The notes under the pieces are model-generated. The model was not told the origin of the DNA. It saw only the letters and a list, made by a program, of their open reading frames with translations, and did not search any database. Positions 1 through 7,104 of a DNA stretch of 64,000 nucleotides are shown here, in pieces. The stretch spans positions 329,288 to 393,287 of the forward strand of contig CAYVDD010000001.1 of NCBI GenBank assembly GCA_964450805.1, given 5' to 3'. Made by a program: the position numbers and the translations under genes. Origin of the DNA: an uncultured Candidatus Saccharibacteria bacterium. Lineage in GTDB: Bacteria > Patescibacteriota > Minisyncoccia > Minisyncoccales > JANBVM01. How positions within the stretch are numbered: the first letter of the stretch is position 1; every line of letters starts with the position of its first letter.

Positions 1-171
1 TTTTAAGGCAATCTCACAAACATCACCAGGCAAAGCAGCAATTATCAAATCACAATTCCTGACATCAGCGTGCTTATTTAAAAAACCAACCTTTACATTA
101 AGGTTTAGTTTTTTCAAATAATATTTTACTGCTTTTCCTATTCTTCCTTTTCCTAATATAATTATCTTCAT
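1..171 (-). CDS. NAD(P)-binding Rossmann protein, N-terminal fragment (saccharopine-dehydrogenase-like); gene runs off the window
   Basis: Own translation from ATG at 171: MKIIILGKGRIGKAVKYYLKKLNLNVKVGFLNKHADVRNCDLIIAALPGD. It has a GxGxxG loop, and its ATG overlaps the TGA of speE (ATGA). Confidence 0.45.
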   Translation of the reverse strand, partial: MKIIILGKGRIGKAVKYYLKKLNLNVKVGFLNKHADVRNCDLIIAALPGDVCEIALK

Positions 172-1043
172 AACTGCCAATTTTTAGGTAATATCATGCT
201 GGATTTATGAATCTCTGGAGAATAATAACTGAATTTATGTTTTTTTGACAGTTTTTTAAACTTCTTTTCAATTTCTTCAAAATCAACTTTTGCTAAATCA
301 ATTTTTTTAGAACCAGCAATAAAAGAATACTGACCGCAATGATAAGAAGGCATTGTCAAATTATAAATTGAACTAAATTGAAAAATTTTTTTTATTCTTT
401 TAAAGGTTTTTTTAATAAAAGTATCAAAATCCAAAAAAGAAGCGCCAAGTGTAATAATTATTCCATCTTTTTTCAATGCTCTTGAGGCCTGCTTATAGAA
501 TTCTATTGAATAAAGCTCAGAAGAAAGCCCTTCTGGTTCAGGGTTAGTGCAGTCAACAATAACCACATCATAATAATCAACATAATCCCTTATAAATCTC
601 TCTCCTCCTGTTTTATAAATTTTTACTCTTTTATCAGAAAAGGAATTTTTACAAACAAACTTAAGATACTTTTTAGAAAGTTCAATAACTTCTTTATCTA
701 TTTCAACCAAATCAACTTTTTTAATATTATGTTTTAAAACTTCTCTTAAAACTCCGCCATCACCTCCTCCAATAATTAAAATGTTTTCTGGTTTTGGATG
801 AGAAAACAAAATCGGATGAACCATGATTTCGTGATAAATAAATTCATCGCTTTTAGAAAACTGAATTATTTTATCAAGGCAGAGAATTCTTCCATAAACT
901 GAATTATCAAAAATTAAAACTTCCTGGAAATTAGTTTTTCCTTTAAACGCCAGCTTATCAATATAAAAACAATGTTTGATTTTGCCTGCTCTTTTCCCAA
1001 GAGCAATTTCCTCGCAAAACCACTTTTCTTTAGAGGTAAGCAT
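168..1043 (-). CDS. speE: spermidine synthase (aminopropyltransferase)
   Basis: IIGGGDGGVLREVLKH motif and overall SpeE-like layout. Likely start is MLTSKEKW at 1043, not the longer ORF-track start. Confidence 0.85.
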   Translation of the reverse strand: MLTSKEKWFCEEIALGKRAGKIKHCFYIDKLAFKGKTNFQEVLIFDNSVYGRILCLDKIIQFSKSDEFIYHEIMVHPILFSHPKPENILIIGGGDGGVLREVLKHNIKKVDLVEIDKEVIELSKKYLKFVCKNSFSDKRVKIYKTGGERFIRDYVDYYDVVIVDCTNPEPEGLSSELYSIEFYKQASRALKKDGIIITLGASFLDFDTFIKKTFKRIKKIFQFSSIYNLTMPSYHCGQYSFIAGSKKIDLAKVDFEEIEKKFKKLSKKHKFSYYSPEIHKSSMILPKNWQL

Positions 1044-2157
1044 AAAATGGTTTATCAAATTTAATTCTATCAGGCTTTTCAGGAAGATAATCAAAAATAT
1101 ATAAAGAAGCGCCTAGTTTAGCAGATTTTTTAATGATCTTTTTATCAATAAAATTAGAAAGTCTATCTAAAATTACTTTGTCTTCCTCGTAAAGCATAAT
1201 ATTGGGATAATAAACTTTGTTTAAAATAAGCTCATTTAAAATCAGATTATTTTTGGCAAAAAATTCCTGCAGGAATAAAAACCTGTTCCCTATTGCCTCG
1301 TCTCCTACTTCTAAAAATACTATTCCTCCATCTTTGCCAAGTTGATTTATTCCAAACTTCACAAATTCTTTTACACCCTGTTCTGTATAAACAGGATTAG
1401 CTAAAAAGCCTGTGAATTTCTCTCCTAAACTTTTTTGTTGAGCCAAATCAACTTCTTTTGTTTTAATCTTTAAATCAAACTCAGAAGCTAAAATGTCAAT
1501 GCATTCTAAAAGCTGTTTATCAGCATCAATAACTAAACATTCAATATTTGGTTCAACTAAAGTTAAAATAACTGAAATGAAATCATCGTCTCCAACAAAC
1601 AAAAATTTTTTACTAAGAGGCAAATTATCTAATATTTTTTCAACAACATAGAAAGAAGATTCAACTGATATTGGCATCTGGTCCCATCTAGCTTTAACTT
1701 TAAAACTTTCGAATTTTTTGAATAAATTAATAACTGGTTCTTTCTCTCTAATTTTAATATTTAATTTTTGAGTAAGTTTTTCTTTTATCTCCTGGTAAGT
1801 CTGAGGTTGAGGAATTGTTTTTTTAATTTCTTTTTTCAAAAGTAAAACGTCGCCATTTCTTGAAACTTTTATAATTTTTTCGTCAGTCAAAAGTTTTAGA
1901 TAACGATAAAGGTCCCAATCTTCTGATGATTGCTTTACAATAAAATCAAATGCATTTTTAGAGTAAATTATTTGCTTTACATCTTTTAAGAAACTCAAAA
2001 AAGGAACTTTATAATAATTCCTGTAAAAATCAGCTAAGACTTTATCTGATAATTTTATTTCCTTTAAGCTAGTTGAATGTTGTTTGGTATCAAGAAAAAA
2101 ATATTCTTTTTCCAGCTTTAAAAATTTTTTATATAAAGCTCTTAAATATTTTTCCAT
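1030..2157 (-). CDS. DUF43/BpsA-like aminopropyltransferase (branched- or long-chain polyamine synthase family)
   Basis: FVGDDDFISVILTL (GDDD motif typical of the DUF43/BpsA C-terminal domain). Sits between speH and speE. Confidence 0.55.
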   Translation of the reverse strand: MEKYLRALYKKFLKLEKEYFFLDTKQHSTSLKEIKLSDKVLADFYRNYYKVPFLSFLKDVKQIIYSKNAFDFIVKQSSEDWDLYRYLKLLTDEKIIKVSRNGDVLLLKKEIKKTIPQPQTYQEIKEKLTQKLNIKIREKEPVINLFKKFESFKVKARWDQMPISVESSFYVVEKILDNLPLSKKFLFVGDDDFISVILTLVEPNIECLVIDADKQLLECIDILASEFDLKIKTKEVDLAQQKSLGEKFTGFLANPVYTEQGVKEFVKFGINQLGKDGGIVFLEVGDEAIGNRFLFLQEFFAKNNLILNELILNKVYYPNIMLYEEDKVILDRLSNFIDKKIIKKSAKLGASLYIFDYLPEKPDRIKFDKPFYAYL

Positions 2158-2163
2158 AAAAGT

Positions 2164-2559
2164 TTAGATTATTCCTCTTTCTATTTTTTGAATTTCAACT
2201 CTTTTGGGAGCAAGCTCTTTCTTTAAATAATCTAAAGCTTTCTTAGGGACAGCTCTATCTCCGCAGGTAAAAATATCAATTGCAATATAATTATATTCAG
2301 GCCAGCTGTGAAGTGAAAGATGACTCTCAGCTAATAAAACAACCCCAGTGATTCCCTGCGGTTCAAACTTATGAATTGCTGTTTTTAAAGGAATGCAATT
2401 AGCTTTTCTAACTGCTTCAGTTAAGATTTCTTTTAATTCTTTTTCATTTTCAATGATTTTTCCATACCAAAGCTCAGCAATTAAGTGAATACCTGCGTGT
2501 TTGAATTGATTTTTTTTGTTTACGACCCATTTGATGGATCTCTTTGTTTTTGTGTTCAT
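2164..2559 (-). CDS. speH: S-adenosylmethionine decarboxylase proenzyme (small pyruvoyl class)
   Basis: AESHLSLHSWPEYNYIAIDIFTCG, including the ES/H self-cleavage site. The ORF-track start is a TTG; the ATG at 2559 (MNTKTK) is more likely. Confidence 0.85.
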   Translation of the reverse strand: MNTKTKRSIKWVVNKKNQFKHAGIHLIAELWYGKIIENEKELKEILTEAVRKANCIPLKTAIHKFEPQGITGVVLLAESHLSLHSWPEYNYIAIDIFTCGDRAVPKKALDYLKKELAPKRVEIQKIERGII

Positions 2560-2700
2560 ATTTTTAGTCAATCGCTTTATCTTTCAACATCTGTCAAAAG
2601 GATGCTGAAAAACTCGCTCAACAATTATTTTTTGTTGAGAAAAACAAAGAGTTAAAAAAAAGCGATTGAGGTTACCTTAAAACGCACTGCATCTTAAGGA

Positions 2701-3141
2701 TCAAATTCCTTCTTCTAAGTTTCTTTCTCGTTTATAAAACCTAGCAGAGGGAGTGATTTTGAATTCTTTTTTTGCCACTCGACTTTTCCTTTTAAACTTT
2801 GCAGTCATTTTTGCTCTTTGACCTTTTAATTGCCTTTGAAGGTCAGTTCTTACATCATCTAAAGCTGTTCTTAAGTCAGCTGAAACAGCTTCTGATCTTA
2901 TAATCTTCTTTGGAAGCCTTAATTGACATTCTGTTCTGAAAAAAGGCCCTTTTTTATGATGGGTACCCTTTTCGATTTCAACAAAAGCTTCTAAAGCTAA
3001 TTTTGATTTACCGGAAAGACTGCGATAGTTTTTATTATTCACTAGTTTAACGAACTTTTCAAGAGGGCTTATCTTCTTCTCAATCAATTCTCTAATAGCC
3101 TGATCCAGCTTGATATTTGTACCCTTGATATTTATTTTCAT
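2701..3141 (-). CDS. hpf: ribosome hibernation-promoting factor / RaiA family
   Basis: MKINIKGTNIKLDQAIRELIEKKISPLEKF is a typical HPF/YfiA N-terminus, followed by a basic C-terminal tail. Start chosen at 3141. Confidence 0.75.
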   Translation of the reverse strand: MKINIKGTNIKLDQAIRELIEKKISPLEKFVKLVNNKNYRSLSGKSKLALEAFVEIEKGTHHKKGPFFRTECQLRLPKKIIRSEAVSADLRTALDDVRTDLQRQLKGQRAKMTAKFKRKSRVAKKEFKITPSARFYKRERNLEEGI

Positions 3142-3224
3142 AAGAAAAGAAAAACCCCCACGCTTTGAGTGTATCATTTTTAAAAACTTTTGCAAGCTTT
3201 TAATTTAAGGTGGGGGGAAAGGCT

Positions 3225-3380
3225 TTATTTTTTCTTTCTTCTCCTTCTCCTTTTCTTGGCTGGCTTTTTTTTAGCTGCCTTCTTTCTTTTAGCTGGTTTT
3301 CTTTTTCTTCTAACTTTTCTTTTCTTGGTTGTCTTCCTTTTTTTTGTTGCTGCTTTTTTTCTTCTTCTTCTTTTTGCCAT
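3225..3380 (-). CDS. 51-aa extremely basic (Lys/Arg/Ala) protamine/histone-H1-like small protein
   Basis: Own translation: MAKRRRRKKAATKKRKTTKKRKVRRKRKPAKRKKAAKKKPAKKRRRRRKKK*. It is below the ORF-track length cutoff. The listed plus-strand F/L-rich ORFs are its antisense shadow. Confidence 0.4.
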   Translation of the reverse strand: MAKRRRRKKAATKKRKTTKKRKVRRKRKPAKRKKAAKKKPAKKRRRRRKKK

Positions 3381-3576
3381 GTTTTTGAAAATTATTTATT
3401 TTCCTTGGCAGATAGTCGACTCCCCTATTGCCTTTTTTAGAAATTAATTTTGAAAAACTTTTAAACTTTTCTTAATTATTTTCATTTATTATTTTATTTT
3501 TTCACTTAAGAGAATAATGTCAAGTGTTAAAAACTAATTTTTTAACTTTTTAAAAAAATTTTTTAGTTTTTGTAAT

Positions 3577-3616
3577 AAAAAAAGAACAAAGTTTAAACTT
3601 TGTTCTTTATTTTTTG
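3577..3616. terminator. bidirectional rho-independent terminator downstream of murB
   Basis: Perfect palindrome AGAACAAAGTTTAAACTTTGTTCT (3583-3606) flanked by an A-run and a T-run. Confidence 0.75.
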
Positions 3617-3630
3617 TAAGTTTTAAAATT

Positions 3631-4611
3631 TTAAAAGTTAAAATACTGAACTTCTTCTTCTAATTCAATTTTAAATTTATCTTTAACTTTATTTTTTATC
3701 AAATCTATTAATTCTTTAACATCTTTTGCTTCTGCATTTTTAAAATTAACAATAAAGTTTGCGTGTTTTTCTGAGATTTTAGCGCCTCCAATAATTTTTC
3801 CTTTTAGATTGCACTTATCAATTAAATAACCTGCAGGAATTATTCCTTTTTTAATGAAGTTTTCTAATTCTGGAAATTCTTTAATAAGTTTTTCACTAAA
3901 ATTAGAAACTTCTGACTTACTTAAAACATAATTTTTAAAAATACTTCCGCAAGAAGCAAAGTTTAAAGGCTGGTTTTCTTTACGATACTCTAAGTAATCA
4001 TTCATTCTTTTTTCGATCTCTGACTTGCTTCCTTTTTTTAATTGAAGAATGCAGGATAAAATAATTAAATCCTTGTTTTCTTTAAAAACACTGGTTCTGT
4101 AACCAAATCTGCATTCTTTGTTTTCAAAAACTCTAATCTTTTCTTTATTTTTATCAAATACTTCAACCTGTTTTATAACATCACCTATAAAGCCTGTTAT
4201 TGAATCACCAGAAGCTCCAGCATTTCCTCTGACTGCACCGCCAATTGTTCCTGGGATTCCTTTTAAACATTCTAAGCCGGTTAAATTGTTGTCAAGAGCA
4301 ACTGCTGTAAGTTTTTGCGTTAAAACACCTGCTCCTGCAGAAATCTGGGAATCCTGAACTTTAAATTCTGAGTTCTGAATTTTTATTACAAGCCCATTAA
4401 AATCTTTATCAGATATCAATAACTTGCTTCCCCCTCCTAAAATAAAAAACGGCAAGTTGTTTTTTCTTGCTGACTTAAGTAATTCAATTAATTCATTTTT
4501 TGTCCTGGCAATAAAAAAATATTTTGTTCTGCCACCAATCTTGAAAGTTGTGTAATCCTTTAACAAAATATTAAATTGTATGCCAGGAATGTTTACTACT
4601 TCCTGATCCAT
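3631..4611 (-). CDS. murB: UDP-N-acetylenolpyruvoylglucosamine reductase
   Basis: FKIGGRTKYFF, ILGGGSKLLISD and SCGSIFKN motifs, with MurB length and order. Confidence 0.9.
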   Translation of the reverse strand: MDQEVVNIPGIQFNILLKDYTTFKIGGRTKYFFIARTKNELIELLKSARKNNLPFFILGGGSKLLISDKDFNGLVIKIQNSEFKVQDSQISAGAGVLTQKLTAVALDNNLTGLECLKGIPGTIGGAVRGNAGASGDSITGFIGDVIKQVEVFDKNKEKIRVFENKECRFGYRTSVFKENKDLIILSCILQLKKGSKSEIEKRMNDYLEYRKENQPLNFASCGSIFKNYVLSKSEVSNFSEKLIKEFPELENFIKKGIIPAGYLIDKCNLKGKIIGGAKISEKHANFIVNFKNAEAKDVKELIDLIKNKVKDKFKIELEEEVQYFNF

Positions 4612-4752
4612 GGGAATAGAAAAATGAGAATATTTTTATATTCCTATAGACCAGGAGAGTTACTCCTATTCTAAGTCTTTAGTGAGTGCTATCCTCCTGA
4701 TCCATTTACATTTTAAAGTATTATTTTAAAAAAGAAAAGGGTTCTTAAGGTT

Positions 4753-5190
4753 CTATTGTTTGTTATTATCATTTATACATTTAGATATTAACCATGAGCT
4801 TGACTGAACTTTTCCTCCTCCAACATTAAAGACCATTTTAATACCAAGCTTCTCGCATATTTCTTTTTCTGGAATATTATCTAATGTCCTATCCCCTCCC
4901 TTGGCAAATATGTCTGGTTTAATTGATTCTAATGTCTTGCAAACTGTTTTGTCATTATCAATTGATAAAACAACTTCATCCACAGGCTTCAAGGAAGAAA
5001 CTATTTCAGCCCTTTCTTTCTCATTCATAAAAGCAAAACTTCCTTTGAGCTTACATTGTTTATCTGAATTAATTATTACTATTAATTTTGTTCCAAGCTT
5101 CTTTGCTTCTTTCAAATATCTAACATGTCCGATATGTAATGGGTTAAAATAACCAGAAACTGCAACTACAATTTCTTTGCCTTTGTTCAT
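4753..5190 (-). CDS. cytidylyltransferase-like nucleotidyltransferase (RfaE domain II / TagD-like)
   Basis: VSGYFNPLHIGHVRYLKEAKKLG (HxGH nucleotidyltransferase signature); 145 aa. Confidence 0.7.
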   Translation of the reverse strand: MNKGKEIVVAVSGYFNPLHIGHVRYLKEAKKLGTKLIVIINSDKQCKLKGSFAFMNEKERAEIVSSLKPVDEVVLSIDNDKTVCKTLESIKPDIFAKGGDRTLDNIPEKEICEKLGIKMVFNVGGGKVQSSSWLISKCINDNNKQ

Positions 5191-5269
5191 AAAGCTAATG
5201 AATATTATAGTAAATCTTGACCTAGCTTAATTATAAGGAATTATAGGAAAAAGACAAAAAATCTTTTAA

Positions 5270-5300
5270 AAAGCAAAAACTCCTGCAAGCAGGAGCTTTT
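5270..5300 (-). terminator. rho-independent terminator after the peptidase gene
   Basis: CTCCTGC-AA-GCAGGAG stem (5280-5295) with a T-run on the minus strand (GGAGTTTTTGCTTTTT). Confidence 0.7.
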
Positions 5301-5350
5301 GCCGACTAGGAATGAAGTTCTATATAAATAGAATCACACTCACTAACCCT

Positions 5351-5379
5351 ATATTAATAAAATTTTCTCTTTTTGTCAA
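5351..5379 (-). promoter_or_regulatory. sigma70-type promoter (TTGACA-17-TAATAT)
   Basis: Minus strand TTGACA (5379-5374), 17-nt spacer, TAATAT (5356-5351). Lies between the peptidase stop codon and the terminator. Confidence 0.4.
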
Positions 5380-5384
5380 TAGGA

Positions 5385-7094
5385 TTAATGATATAGCTGA
5401 TTAATCTTGATTCTGGTCATTGATCCAACAAAGCCAGTGCCTTTTTCAAGACCTAAGGGATGCAAAATTTCACTGACATATTTCTCCTGAAAACGAATAA
5501 CCGCTTGTTTTGTTAAAGTCAAAAAATTACCTGTTACCAAGCCCTCAGGATAAACTTCTGCTCCCTGGGACTTTAAAAACTCCTGCAAGCATTTTACTTC
5601 ACTATTATCTGTTAGACCATAATAAAGATTCTTCTCAAAACTAACGCAAGAATTATTTGACACTGAACCTGAACCCAAAGCTGCAGCTATTTGTGACTGA
5701 AGTCTGGCAATCTCTGCCTGAAGGCTTGCAATTTGATCTAAAAGACTCTTTATTAATTCTGATTCTTTGTTCTCTTCATTTTCAGCAGTAGAAGCAGACC
5801 AGAAAAAAGAAATAGATTGTTCTGATTCTGAAAAATTGGAAATCTTGTTCTGTGCAGAAGGAATAATAATTAAAGAAATATTTTCAGAGCCAAAATTAGA
5901 CACATTTATTACTCCATTACCTTCAGTATCCAATTCTAAGAAAGCAATTGATAATTTACCCTCATTATCTTGTATTAAATAAGGAATTTTAAAAACTATT
6001 GACGGAGAAGTTATAAATTCTAACTTCAAGTTACTATGATTACCACCAATAAACTTGTGCCAGTTGCCTGACCAATCTTTTGTTGTATTTGTAACAGACA
6101 AAACACTGTTGCCTAGAACAGGAAGATAGTTAATTGAAGGCATGAGCTTAAGTGTCTTTAAATTCTCATCCAAATAGCAGTAAGTTGGAGAAATACTACA
6201 ATCATTCACTAATACAGTAATTGTCCAATCAGTAAATATTTCAGAAAAATCTTTTTCAAAGTTCACCCTAGATAATGCATAGTTTATACTCTTTATCCCT
6301 GTATAAGGACTTTTAAGCGAATTAGTAATTATCCCAAGCCCATAATGATCAACCAGATAATGAATAAAAAGATTTACCACTCCATAGTCATAAGGAAGAT
6401 TTCTCCATTCAGTCAGAGAATCATAAGGTTTATCTAAAAAGCTCTTCAGTTTTCTTTCAAGATTACTGCCTTGAAATTCTTGGTTATAGCCTAGTAGAGT
6501 TGAAATGTATTCTGAACGAGCCTCATTAAGCCAGATATCCTCATTAACACCATATGTCTTCTCTTTTTGATTAAATGAAATCAAATGTTGGAATTCATGA
6601 GCTAAAAAACTTTTGGCCAGCACTTTGCTTAAATGAACAGCATTAAAGTATATCATCTCTCTTTCATTTGAAGTTGGTATTTGGCTTTTTGAAAACTCAT
6701 CAGCACTATTAAAATATCCTCCTGTACTTTCGTCCATTGGATGAATAAGGATTGTAATTCTTAAATCATTATCAATACCGGGTCTCCATTCATTTCCAAA
6801 AATCTGTGTCAGAATAGGATAAATCCTGTCATCAAATTCAATAGATAATGAATTTAAAGAAGCTGTTGCTTCCTGGTACTGAATTGAATCCATCCCATCC
6901 AGCCAATTAGAATCTATATACCAATAAGCTTTATTTGATATTTTCTCTAAGGTTGCCTGAATCTCTTCTCTTTTTAAAGAATCATAAGAAGGCTCAATAT
7001 TAAAAACAACTGAATCCCCTAAAACATCTTCAGCATTAACAAGCATTGGCAGGAATAAAATTAAAATAATTGCAATGAAGAATAATTTTTTCAT
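5385..7094 (-). CDS. secreted zinc metallopeptidase-like protein with C-terminal coiled coil + peptidoglycan-binding (PG_binding_1-like) module
   Basis: Signal peptide MKKLFFIAIILILFLPMLVNA, an HEFQH (HExxH) motif, and C-terminal LQAEIARLQSQIAAAL followed by VKCLQEFL...AVIRFQEKY...GTGFVG. Confidence 0.65.
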   Translation of the reverse strand: MKKLFFIAIILILFLPMLVNAEDVLGDSVVFNIEPSYDSLKREEIQATLEKISNKAYWYIDSNWLDGMDSIQYQEATASLNSLSIEFDDRIYPILTQIFGNEWRPGIDNDLRITILIHPMDESTGGYFNSADEFSKSQIPTSNEREMIYFNAVHLSKVLAKSFLAHEFQHLISFNQKEKTYGVNEDIWLNEARSEYISTLLGYNQEFQGSNLERKLKSFLDKPYDSLTEWRNLPYDYGVVNLFIHYLVDHYGLGIITNSLKSPYTGIKSINYALSRVNFEKDFSEIFTDWTITVLVNDCSISPTYCYLDENLKTLKLMPSINYLPVLGNSVLSVTNTTKDWSGNWHKFIGGNHSNLKLEFITSPSIVFKIPYLIQDNEGKLSIAFLELDTEGNGVINVSNFGSENISLIIIPSAQNKISNFSESEQSISFFWSASTAENEENKESELIKSLLDQIASLQAEIARLQSQIAAALGSGSVSNNSCVSFEKNLYYGLTDNSEVKCLQEFLKSQGAEVYPEGLVTGNFLTLTKQAVIRFQEKYVSEILHPLGLEKGTGFVGSMTRIKINQLYH

Positions 7095-7104
7095 AATTTA
7101 TTAA

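Noticed and set aside
2572-2700. Possible riboswitch or structured leader upstream of speH: a hairpin CTCAACAA/TTGTTGAG and long-range TCAATCGCTTT/AAAGCGATTGA complementarity
   Set aside because: I cannot match it to any riboswitch consensus I know. The hairpin plus T-run is adequately explained as the hpf terminator. The long-range pairing could be chance in AT-rich DNA. It is worth an Rfam scan, but I do not claim it.
3190-3447. Two overlapping plus-strand ORFs (85 and 76 aa) made almost only of Phe/Leu/Ser/Ala
   Set aside because: They are the antisense reading of a poly-purine Lys/Arg-coding tract. They have no start context and a non-protein-like composition. The minus-strand 51-aa basic ORF is the more sensible reading.
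4612-4752. Structured-looking murB leader: a 9-bp stem GAUCAGGAG/CUCCUGGUC enclosing ~35 nt, plus a GAATAT-AAAA-ATATTC hairpin
   Set aside because: It has no recognisable conserved motif, no terminator-like T-run, and no comparative data. It may be a simple stabilising hairpin.
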